Assembly: GCA_963727795.1 (NCBI GenBank)
Contig: CAVSHC010000011.1
Span: 903 to 64,902 of the forward strand
Reading direction: 5' to 3'
DNA: 64,000 nucleotides
Source: an uncultured Alphaproteobacteria bacterium
Lineage (GTDB): Bacteria; Pseudomonadota; Alphaproteobacteria; Rhizobiales; Rhodomicrobiaceae
This document shows, one piece after another, positions 49,083 through 64,000 of this stretch. The translations under genes were made by a program, and so were the position numbers. The notes under the pieces were generated by a model. It had not been told where the DNA came from and searched no databases. It saw only the letters and a list, made by a program, of their open reading frames with translations. Numbering within the stretch: position 1 is the first letter of the stretch; the number at the start of each line of letters is the position of its first letter.

Positions 49083-49776
49083 GAAGCGGTCAGCTCCATA
49101 GCATGGGAGGTGTAGAAGCCGTTCACGATCCGCAGCGAGCGCGCTTGCCGCCAGCGTGTCAGCCTGCTGTCTTTGGCGATCATGCCTGAAAGCTTCGACT
49201 CCGAAACCGGCTCGATCGCGGGCGACCGATCCGAGCGTGGAAAAAGCTTTCCGGCCGTATGCATGACCGTGAGCGCCAAAGTTTTGGGCGCGAAAGTGAA
49301 CAGCACCATCTCTTTTGTTCTGCCAGCGAGCCCCGAGAGCACGTTGACGAGATCTTTCGCAGGGTAATGAATGAGCAAATCCATGGCAACGCAAAAGTCG
49401 AAGCCGCCGTGGCTCTCGTCCAGCATATCGCCCGCGTGAAACTCGACATTCTCGGCCAGGTCCGCGGGCATGCGCTCCTTTGCAACTCCAATCAGCGTAG
49501 GCGAAAGATCGATCGCGACGACGTGGGCGCCGCGCCTTGCCGCCTCGGCCGAAAGCAGCCCCGTGCCGCAGCCTGCATCAAGAAGCCGCGCCCCGGTGAG
49601 ATCGTCCGGCAGCCAGCTCATGAGCGTCGCGCGCATGCGGTCGCGGCCCGCCCGCACGGTCGCGCGAATTCCGCTGACGGGCTCATCGGTCGTCAACTTC
49701 GCCCAATTATCGGCGGCCGTCCTGTCGAAATAGGTTTCGAGGTCGTTGCGGCGTTCGAGATAGGAGGGAGTTGGCA

Positions 49777-49777
<1 letters not shown>
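49079..49777 (-). CDS. bchM: Mg-protoporphyrin IX methyltransferase
   Basis: YFDRTA, VRAGRD, LDAGCGTG, MDLLIHY, FTFAP. Confidence 0.95.
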
Positions 49778-54456
<4,679 letters not shown>

Positions 54457-54482
<26 letters not shown>

Positions 54483-56055
54483 CGTATAGGGTCTCTACCG
54501 TGATTTTGGAGATGCCGTGCTCGGTTGCGAACCGTTCGGTGTTACGTTTCGCCTTGCCGCGCACGAAGAAGGGAATTTTGCGAAGCTCGGCCTCCGCGTC
54601 GGCGCCCCACACGAGTTGAGCGGGCTGGGCTGGCGGCTGAGCCTCTGGGGGAGCCTCAGGCTTAGCGGCTTCTGCGGCTTGGATCCCGGCTTTGTCTTGC
54701 GCCGGGAGAGCGGCGGCCGGCGCCGCGGGCGACGATACGGAGGCGAGATGAGAAGGCGCGGCTTCCGCGTGAAACTCGAAATCCTCCCGGAACATGCCGA
54801 GCAGATGTTCCTCCAGGCCCATCATCAGCGGATGGACCCACGTATCGAAGAGCACGTTCGCGCCCTCGTAGCCCATCTGCGGCGAGTAGCGGGCCGGGAA
54901 ATCCTGAACGTGGATCGGCGCCGAGATGACGGCGCAGGGGACGCCCAGCCGCTTTGCGATGTGCCGTTCCATCTGGGTGCCGAGCACGAGTTCAGGATGA
55001 AGTTCCCGGACGGCGGCTTCGACTTCCAGATAATCGTCTGTGATGAGCGGCTCGACGCCGTAGAGCTTCGCGGCTTCCCGGATTTCGCGGGCGAATTCGC
55101 GGGAATACGTGCCGAGCCCGACCACCTGGAAACCGAGCTCTTTGGAGGCCACGCGCGCGGCCGCGAGCGCGTGGGTCGCGTCGCCGAAAATAAAGACGCG
55201 CTTGCCGGTGAGGTACGTCGAGTCAATGGAGCGCGAATACCAGGGCAGCCGGGACGCGACGGGAATGTCGGCCTTCAGCCCGGTTATCGCGGCCACTTCG
55301 CCGATGAAGGCGCTCGTCGCGATGGTTCCGATCGGGACGGTCTTCGTGTAAGGCTGCTTGAACGCGCGCTCCAGATATTGCGCCGCCGTCATCGCGATTT
55401 CGGGGTAGAGCACGACATTGAAATCGGCGTCGGGAAGGCGCGCGATGTCCGCCGGTGACGCGCCAAGAGGGGCGACGACGTTGACGCCGGCGCCGAGGCT
55501 CGCCAGGAGCCTGGTTATTTCCTCCACGTCGTCGCGGTGCCGGAAGCCGAGCGCGGTGGGACCAAGAAGATTGCAGGTCACACGGTCCTGCTTCGGCCGG
55601 TCGCCCGCTTTCCGCGAGCCGGTGCAGGTGCGAACCACGCGGTAGAATGTCTCCGCGGCTCCCCAGTTTTCCTTCTTCTGGTAGGCGGGGAGGTCGAGCG
55701 GGATGACAGGCACGGGCAGATTGAGCGCCGCCGCGAGTCCGCCGGGGTCGTCCTGGATCAGCTCCGCGGTGCAGGATGAGCCGACGAGAAGCGCTTCCGG
55801 CCGGAACCGCTCATAAGCGTCCCGCGCCGCCGTCTTGAAAAGCTCCGCGGTGTCGCCGCCGAGATCGCGCGCCTGGAACGTCGTATAGGTCACGGGCGGG
55901 CGCTTGTCGCGGCGCTCGATCATCGTAAAAAGGAGGTCGGCGTAGGTGTCGCCCTGAGGGGCATGCAGCACGTAATGCACGCCTCTCATCGCTGTGGCTA
56001 TTCGCATCGCGCCGATATGCGGCGGTCCTTCGTACGTCCAGACGGTGAGCTGCAT
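54457..56055 (-). CDS. bchB: Dark-operative protochlorophyllide reductase subunit B
   Basis: [32 protein letters not shown]-terminal PCP_red ([14 protein letters not shown]). Confidence 0.97.
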
Positions 56056-56058
56056 TCG

Positions 56059-57863
<1,805 letters not shown>

Positions 57864-57914
57864 GCGCTCTCCCCACATCGTGACACCCCGTATTTAGAAC
57901 CGGAGGGGCAGGAC

Positions 57915-57948
57915 TGTCAACATAACTTGACGTAAACCCCGATTTACA
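57915..57948. promoter_or_regulatory. Two overlapping PpsR/CrtJ-type palindromes in the bchF/aerR divergent promoter
   Basis: TGTCAA-N6-TTGACG (57915-57932) and CGTAAA-N6-TTTACA (57931-57948), each one base off TGT-N12-ACA. A weaker site lies at 58007-58024. Confidence 0.7.
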
Positions 57949-58088
57949 ATTACTTTGCGAAGAGAGTTCATCTGGGATCACCACAAGGGGAAAATGACGA
58001 CGGCGTTGTAAATTATTTTTGATGGGGTTGCCCTTATGCTTAAGCACCGGCCCGGCCGTATCAGCCCTGCTTTGGAGGACCCTATCGC

Positions 58089-58955
58089 ATGACGCCATCG
58101 AGGAAGGCGGTTCTTGTTGAACGCTGTATGGAGGAGGATGCACAGCAAGGCCCGCTGCGCGGTTTTCAAGATCACAAAGCAGCACTTATCACACGGCTCG
58201 CCAGAACGATAGAGGGGGAAATCATTCCACGGCTTCTTCTAGTTCACCAGGCCGATTTGCCACCGGAGCTTAGGGCGGCGACGGATGCGCTTACCTCGGA
58301 CGACGTTCAGGAATTAGGCGGCCTGATCCTCGCTCTCGACACCACTAGGGCTTATGCGTTCATCGAACGGAAACGCGCCAAGGGCCAGTCTCTCGAGAGC
58401 GTCATCATGGAACTTCTCGCGCCGGCGGCGTGCTACCTGGGCGAACTCTGGAAGGCGGACCGCTGCAGCTTCACGGAAGTGACCATCGGCCTCTCCCGCC
58501 TGCGGCAAATGCTCCGCGACTTTACCCCCGAGTTCGAATGCGAGGCGCCGGGCTGGCGTCACGGACGCCGGGCGCTCCTTCTTGGGACTCCCGGAGACCA
58601 GCATACCTTCGGTCTCTTTGTGGTCGAGGCTTTTCTTCGCCGGGAAGGGTGGGATGTCTCGGGCGGTCAGATTGACTCGGGTGATGAAATTGCCCACTTA
58701 GTTGATAGGCAGTGGTTCGCCATCGCCGGTTTCTCGTTGAGCTCGGAACGTTTCATCGACCGGCTCGCATCGATTATCCGGCTTGTCCGGCGGCATTCCT
58801 GCAATCGCGATATCAGCGTTCTGGTTGGCGGCTCCTTGTTCATGGAGCAGCCGGATCTGGCGGAGCGGGTTGGGGCGGACGCGTTCGCTCCCGACGGGCG
58901 CTCGGCGGCCGCCGCCGCGCGGACGCTGCTCTCCCGCAAAGCCGCGCCAAGTTAA
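58089..58955 (+). CDS. aerR: Cobalamin-binding antirepressor AerR/PpaA
   Basis: EIIPRL, LGELWKADRCSFTEVT, B12-binding PGDQHTFG, LVGG. Lies upstream of ppsR. Confidence 0.92.
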   Translation: MTPSRKAVLVERCMEEDAQQGPLRGFQDHKAALITRLARTIEGEIIPRLLLVHQADLPPELRAATDALTSDDVQELGGLILALDTTRAYAFIERKRAKGQSLESVIMELLAPAACYLGELWKADRCSFTEVTIGLSRLRQMLRDFTPEFECEAPGWRHGRRALLLGTPGDQHTFGLFVVEAFLRREGWDVSGGQIDSGDEIAHLVDRQWFAIAGFSLSSERFIDRLASIIRLVRRHSCNRDISVLVGGSLFMEQPDLAERVGADAFAPDGRSAAAAARTLLSRKAAPS

Positions 58956-58986
58956 ACCGGAGTACAAGGGACTTAAAACTGAAAAA

Positions 58987-60424
58987 ATGGAGATCCTGGT
59001 CTCTCGCACCGTGAACCTCTTTCACACACCCAAGAAGTCGCTTGGCACATTGAGCGCCGACGTCGTTGCGAGGCTGATCTCCTCGGCGGCGGATGTGGCG
59101 CTCGTGCTGGACAAGAATGGCGTCATCAGGGATGTGGCGATTGGTAGCGATGACCTGTCGAACGCCGGACTTGGAAAATGGATCGGCATTCCGTGGGCCG
59201 ACACGGTCACCTCCGACAGCCGGCATAAAGTCGAAGAGCTCATTCGGGAAGCAGAGCTGAAGCTGCCGACGCGCTGGCGCGAAGTCAATCATATCGCGCC
59301 TGACGGCGAGCATGTGCCCGTCCGCTATTCGGCGTTGCAGGTGAGGGAGGATGGCCGGGTTGTGGCGTTCGGCCGCGATTTGCGTGTCCTGGCAAGCCTG
59401 CAGCAGCAGCTTGTGGACGCTCAAATGTCCATCGAGCGGGATTACGCGCGGCTTCGCCAGACGGAGCTCAGGTACCGGCTTCTGTTTCAGATCGCATCTG
59501 AAGCCATCATCATCGCGGACGCCACGACGGCGCGCATCACGGAGGTTAATCCGGCGGCGCTTGCGCTGATCGGCGAGCCCTCGAAGAAGATTTCCGCCCA
59601 GACGCTCCTTGAACTGATCGATCCAGGCGACAGCGCCGCCGTTCAAGACCTTTTCGCCACGGTGCGGTCGACCGGCACGGGCGAGAGCATCCCGATCCGG
59701 CTGGCAGGCTTGAACCGAACCTTCATTTTCTCGGCGTCCTTTTTCAGGCAGGGCAGCAGCGCCTTCATTCTCGCAAGGCTCTCCCCGGCCGAAACACAAC
59801 TGCCGGAAGGCCTGCAAAAGGCGAGCGCCTCCCTCGTCAAGATCATGGAGGGCCTGCCGGACGGGTTCGTCGTCACGGATCTCGAAGCGCGAATCCTTTC
59901 GGCGAACACAGCGTTCCTCGATCTCGCGCAGCTTTCTAACCAGGAGCAGGCGCGGGGCCAGCCTCTCCAGAACTGGCTCGGCCGCTCGGGCGTCGACATC
60001 AACGTTCTGACGGCGAACCTCCGCGAGCACGGTTCGGTCAGGAACTTCTCGACCATCGTTCACGGCGCCTATGGCTCCCTGGAAGAGGTCGAAGTATCCG
60101 CGGTCGCAGCCTTGACCGGCGAACTGCCCTGTTTCGGGTTCGTGGTGCGGTCCTCCGCCACGCGAAACGCCGCGAAGTTGCGGCCAGCCAATCTCGCCCG
60201 CTCGGTGGAACAGCTCACCGAACTCGTCGGCCGCGTCTCCTTGAAAGATCTCGTCAGGGAGTTCGAGCGATCTGATCGAGAAGCTTTGCATCGAGGCGGC
60301 GCTCGAGCTGACCGGCGACAATCGCGCCTCGGCGGCGGAGATGCTCGGGCTGAGCCGGCAGAGCCTTTATGTGAAGCTCAGGCGGTACGGGCTGGGCGAT
60401 CTGACGACAGAGCACGGCCAATAA
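58987..60424 (+). CDS. ppsR: Photosynthesis gene regulator PpsR/CrtJ (one-base insertion at ~60260 separates the HTH)
   Basis: Tandem PAS domains, QLVDAQMSIERDY, LTELVGRVSLKDLVRE. Removing one T gives SSDLIEKLCIEAALELTGDNRASAAEMLGLSRQSLYVKLRRYGL. Confidence 0.93.
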
Positions 60425-60452
60425 CCAAGCTAGGTTTATTTTCGCCGCGCGC

Positions 60453-60470
60453 TGTAAACCAAAATTGACA
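60453..60470. promoter_or_regulatory. PpsR-binding palindrome upstream of bchG
   Basis: TGTAAA-CCAAAA-TTGACA, a perfect TGT-N12-ACA. Confidence 0.8.
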
Positions 60471-61415
60471 GAGCAACCCGCAAAAATTACTGTGCCACGC
60501 ATGACAGCACCTGCCGAGACACCGCCAGCCCTGACGCGTCCAGACCTTGCTTCTGTTCTGGAATACATGCATCCCATCACGTGGTTCGCGCCCATGTGGG
60601 CGTTCATGTGCGGGATCGTGTCGTCCGGCGCTTCGGTCGTCGAAAACTGGCAGGTCGTCGCCATCGGCGTTCTGCTCTGCGGGCCCATGGTATGCGGCAC
60701 AAGCCAGGCGGTGAACGACTGGTACGACCGCCACGTCGACGCCATCAATGAGCCTGACCGGCCAATCCCTTCCGGCCGGATCCCGGGCAGCTGGGGCTTC
60801 TATATCGCCGTCGTCTGGACGTTCCTGTCCGCCCTTTTGGCGACAAGCCTCGGGCTGTGGGCGTTCGGCGCCGCGATCCTCGGCCTCTTTCTCGCCTGGG
60901 CTTACAGCGCGCCTCCCCTGCGGCTCAAGCAAAACGGCTGGTGGGGCAACGCGGCCTGCGGCTTCGCCTATGAAGGCATGCCGTGGTTCACGGGCGCAGC
61001 CATCATGGCCGCGGCCTTCCCCGATTGGCGCATCGTTTTGTTCGCCGTTCTTTACAGCCTCGGCGCGCACGGGATCATGACGCTGAACGATTTCAAATCG
61101 GTCGAAGGCGACATCAAGACCGGCGTTCGCTCGATCCCCGTCCAGCTTGGCGTGAGAAACGCCGCGCGGCTTGCCTGCGTTGTCATGGCCCTTCCGCAGG
61201 TGATCGTGATCGGCTGTCTCATCGCATGGGACCGTCCCTTTTACGCCGACGCTATCGGCTTCTCGCTGGCGATTCAGTTCTTCCTCATGAACCGGTTCCT
61301 CAAGAACCCGAAGGGGGAGGCGATCTTCTACAATGCGACGGGCACGACGCTGTACGTGCTTGGCATGCTGGTCGCCGCCTTCGCGCTTCGTCCCCTGATA
61401 CAAGGGACGATGTGA
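60465..61415 (+). CDS. bchG: Bacteriochlorophyll synthase
   Basis: HPITWFAPMWAFMCG, QAVNDWYDRHVDAINEPDRPIPSGR, LNDFKSVEGD. Start may be slightly downstream. Confidence 0.96.
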   Translation: MTEQPAKITVPRMTAPAETPPALTRPDLASVLEYMHPITWFAPMWAFMCGIVSSGASVVENWQVVAIGVLLCGPMVCGTSQAVNDWYDRHVDAINEPDRPIPSGRIPGSWGFYIAVVWTFLSALLATSLGLWAFGAAILGLFLAWAYSAPPLRLKQNGWWGNAACGFAYEGMPWFTGAAIMAAAFPDWRIVLFAVLYSLGAHGIMTLNDFKSVEGDIKTGVRSIPVQLGVRNAARLACVVMALPQVIVIGCLIAWDRPFYADAIGFSLAIQFFLMNRFLKNPKGEAIFYNATGTTLYVLGMLVAAFALRPLIQGTM

Positions 61416-62773
61416 TGCCCGGTTATCTCGGCTGGGGGGGTATCGTAAGGCTTGGCCTTGTGCAGATGTCGCTGGGGGGCATCATCGCGCTCGCCACGTC
61501 CACGCTGAACCGGGTCATGGTTGTCGAACTCGCCCTTCCTGCGACGCTGCCGGGCCTGCTTTTCGGCATCCATTACGCAGCCGAGATGCTGCGCCCGCGC
61601 TGGGGGCACGGCTCCGACAAGGGCGGAAAGCGCACGCCCTGGATCGTCGGCGGCATGGCCGTGCTCGCCGTCTCGGGCGTCTGCGCGGCGGCCTCGATCT
61701 CGCTCATGTCCACGAACACGGCTGCGGGCATCGCCTGCGCTGTCCTTTCCTACATTGGAATTGGCGTCGGGGCGGGGGCTGCCGGCACGTCTCTTCTGGT
61801 CCTGATCGCGAAAATAGTGAGTCCGGCCCGCAAGCCGGCGGCCGCCGCTTTGGTCTGGACGATGATGATCGCCGGAACGGCGCTCGCCGCCAGCATCGGG
61901 GGCCGGATGCTCGATCCGTTCTCCATGGCGCGGCTCGTAACGGTGAGCGGGGCGATCTCCGCCATATGCTTCACCCTGTCCGTGATCGCGATCTGGGGAA
62001 TCGAGCGCCGCTTTGCCGAAGGGCCCGCGGCTCAGCAAAAGCAGACGCATTCGTTCTTCGAGGCGATCAAAGACGTCTGGTCGGAGCCTGAAGCGCGGCG
62101 GATGACCGTTTTCGTCTTCATCTCGATGCTCGCATTCAGCGCCCAGGAACTGCTTCTCGAGCCGTTTGCAGGCTCGGTTTTCGGGCTGACTCCGGGCGAA
62201 ACCGCCAAGCTTTTCGGCGCGCACCGCTCGGGCATCGTGCTCGGCATGGTTTTGGGGGCCGTCGTCGGCAGCTTGAGCAGACGGAGCGTAAACGCCGGCC
62301 GCTTCTGGGTCGCAGGGGGCTGCTTCGCATCGGCCATCGGCCTTTTTGCGCTGGCATCGGTGGGCATCGGCGGAATGGCGGCTTTCCTGAAACCTGTCGT
62401 ATTCGGCCTCGGCATGGCCAATGGCGTTTACGCGGTGGCGGCGATCGGAACCATGATCACGCTCGCAAGCGTCGGCAAGGGCGCGCGCGAAGGGGTCCGC
62501 ATGGGCCTTTGGGGCGCGGCGCAGGCGATCGCCTTCGGATGCGGCGGTGTGGTCGGTACGGCGGCTGTCGATGTCGCGCGACATTTCTTAGGCTCGCCAT
62601 CGGCGGCCTATTCGCTGCTTTTTGCCGTCCAGGGAATTCTTTTCATCGTCGCCACGGGCCTCGCGGTCCGGCTGACGGCGGCAGCCGCCCTGGCGGAGCA
62701 GGATCCGAATTCTGAGCTTTCTTTCAACGCATCCGCCCAGGCCGTGGGCGAAGCCGGAGCACGAATGACATGA
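61415..62773 (+). CDS. pucC: PucC-family (BCD) MFS transporter
   Basis: IVRLGLVQMSLG, STLNRVMVVEL, RTPWIVGG, LLEPFAG, MGLWGAAQAIAFG. Located between bchG and bchP. Confidence 0.88.
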   Translation: MPGYLGWGGIVRLGLVQMSLGGIIALATSTLNRVMVVELALPATLPGLLFGIHYAAEMLRPRWGHGSDKGGKRTPWIVGGMAVLAVSGVCAAASISLMSTNTAAGIACAVLSYIGIGVGAGAAGTSLLVLIAKIVSPARKPAAAALVWTMMIAGTALAASIGGRMLDPFSMARLVTVSGAISAICFTLSVIAIWGIERRFAEGPAAQQKQTHSFFEAIKDVWSEPEARRMTVFVFISMLAFSAQELLLEPFAGSVFGLTPGETAKLFGAHRSGIVLGMVLGAVVGSLSRRSVNAGRFWVAGGCFASAIGLFALASVGIGGMAAFLKPVVFGLGMANGVYAVAAIGTMITLASVGKGAREGVRMGLWGAAQAIAFGCGGVVGTAAVDVARHFLGSPSAAYSLLFAVQGILFIVATGLAVRLTAAAALAEQDPNSELSFNASAQAVGEAGARMT

Positions 62774-63957
62774 GTGAGCTTGACAGCTTTGACGTTGTCG
62801 TTGTGGGCGGAGGCCCGTCAGGCGCAACCGCTGCGGACGACCTTGCACGGATGGGGCATTCGGTCCTGCTTCTCGACAAAGCGGGCCGGATCAAGCCCTG
62901 CGGCGGCGCCGTTCCGCCGCGCCTGATCAAGGACTTCGAAATCCCGAGCGACATCATCGTCGCGCGCATCCACTCCGCCCGCATGGTGTCTCCCGCCGGC
63001 AAGGAAGTCGATATGCCCATCGACGGCGGCTATGTCGGCATGGTCGACCGCGAGGTCTTCGACGAGTTTCTGCGCAACCGCGCCGCTGACTCCGGAGCCG
63101 AGCGCCGCACCGGAGCGTTCGAGACGTTCTCCCGCGATGCGAAGGGCCGCGCCGTGGTGACCTACAAGACCAAGGATGGCGAGACCCAAAGCGTCACGGG
63201 CAAGGTGATCATCGGCGCGGACGGCGCCAATTCCGAGGTTCACCGGCAGGCGCTGCCCGATGTGCCGCGCGTCCCCTTCGTCTTCGCCTATCACGAGATC
63301 GTGAAGTCGCCGACGGAAGGTCACGAGAAGTACGACCCGACGCGCTGCGACGTCTACTACCAGGGCAAGATCTCGCCGGACTTCTACGGCTGGATCTTCC
63401 CGCACGGTTCCCATGCCAGCATCGGAACCGGCAGCATGCACAAGGGCTTCTCGTTGCGTTCAGCCACCGGGCAGCTCCGGAAAGATTCGGGTCTCGACGA
63501 TGTCGAAACGGTCCGGAAGGAGGGCGCGCCGATCCCGCTGAAGCCGTTGAAGCGCTGGGACAACGGAAAAGACGTGATCCTGACCGGCGACGCCGCAGGC
63601 GTGGTCGCGCCCGCATCGGGCGAGGGCATTTATTACGCCATGCATTGCGGACGCATCGTCGGCGAAGCGGTGTCGGAGGCTCTCAAAACCGGAGACGCCA
63701 AGGCGCTCGCCGGCGCCCGCAAGCGGTTCCTGAAGGCCCACGGCAGGGTGTTCTGGATCCTCGGCCTCATGCAGCACTTCTGGTACCGGAACGACAAGCG
63801 CCGCGAGCGTTTTGTCAATATCTGCCGCGATCCGGACGTGCAGCGCCTCACCTGGCAGTCCTACATGCACAAGGAACTCGTTCGTTCGAGCCCTGTTGCC
63901 CAAGCAAGGATCTTCTTCAAAGACATAGCTCATCTTCTGGGATTGGTTAAGGCGTGA
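62770..63957 (+). CDS. bchP: Geranylgeranyl reductase
   Basis: VVVVGGGPSG, IKPCGG, GADGANS, GDAAGVVAPASGEGIYYA. Confidence 0.96.
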   Translation: MSELDSFDVVVVGGGPSGATAADDLARMGHSVLLLDKAGRIKPCGGAVPPRLIKDFEIPSDIIVARIHSARMVSPAGKEVDMPIDGGYVGMVDREVFDEFLRNRAADSGAERRTGAFETFSRDAKGRAVVTYKTKDGETQSVTGKVIIGADGANSEVHRQALPDVPRVPFVFAYHEIVKSPTEGHEKYDPTRCDVYYQGKISPDFYGWIFPHGSHASIGTGSMHKGFSLRSATGQLRKDSGLDDVETVRKEGAPIPLKPLKRWDNGKDVILTGDAAGVVAPASGEGIYYAMHCGRIVGEAVSEALKTGDAKALAGARKRFLKAHGRVFWILGLMQHFWYRNDKRRERFVNICRDPDVQRLTWQSYMHKELVRSSPVAQARIFFKDIAHLLGLVKA

Positions 63958-64000
63958 CGCTAGCCCCAACAAAGTCCTCATCGGAAACAGAAATAACAGG

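Noticed and set aside
54600-54760. Ala/Pro-rich stretch in BchB
   Set aside because: This is the ordinary variable linker before the PCP_red domain.

Overview
High-GC (~63%) chromosomal segment of an anoxygenic phototrophic alphaproteobacterium. Gene order and repeats point to Hyphomicrobiales, plausibly Rhodomicrobium-like (inference). Layout: (1) 1-2050 is mobile-element debris: a tRNA 3'-end att-like remnant, an internally deleted IS481-family element, a probable group II intron domain I fragment and an orphan ORF. (2) 2125-7854 holds a multiply frameshifted FadB/PimF-like enzyme, a single-domain response regulator, a ChaN-like protein and a secreted caspase-like protease with four Cys-rich repeats. 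(3) 8197-16280 is a complete Thauera-type anaerobic benzoyl-CoA module (had-oah-dch-bcrCBAD). (4) Housekeeping genes follow (scpB-tatABC, ettA, thrS-yidD-HtrA-hflCK-folA-thyA, rcdA), interrupted by an accessory signalling island: a hybrid kinase with a degenerate receiver and C-terminal PAS_5, an overlapping photoactive-yellow-protein-like gene with the chromophore Cys retained, and a convergent cNMP-binding/CPBP protease. (5) 43314-63957 is part of the photosynthesis gene cluster (puhE-acsF-orf-puhC-puhB-puhA-lhaA-bchMLHBNF / aerR-ppsR-bchG-pucC-bchP). At least four small repeat/MITE families are dispersed through the window. Several single-base indels at short homopolymers (FadB-like gene, tatB, acyltransferase, puhA, ppsR) look like sequencing/assembly errors, so frameshift calls are provisional. 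The best candidate for an undescribed system is the PYP-like/hybrid-kinase module. All family assignments come from motif recognition; no database searches were run.
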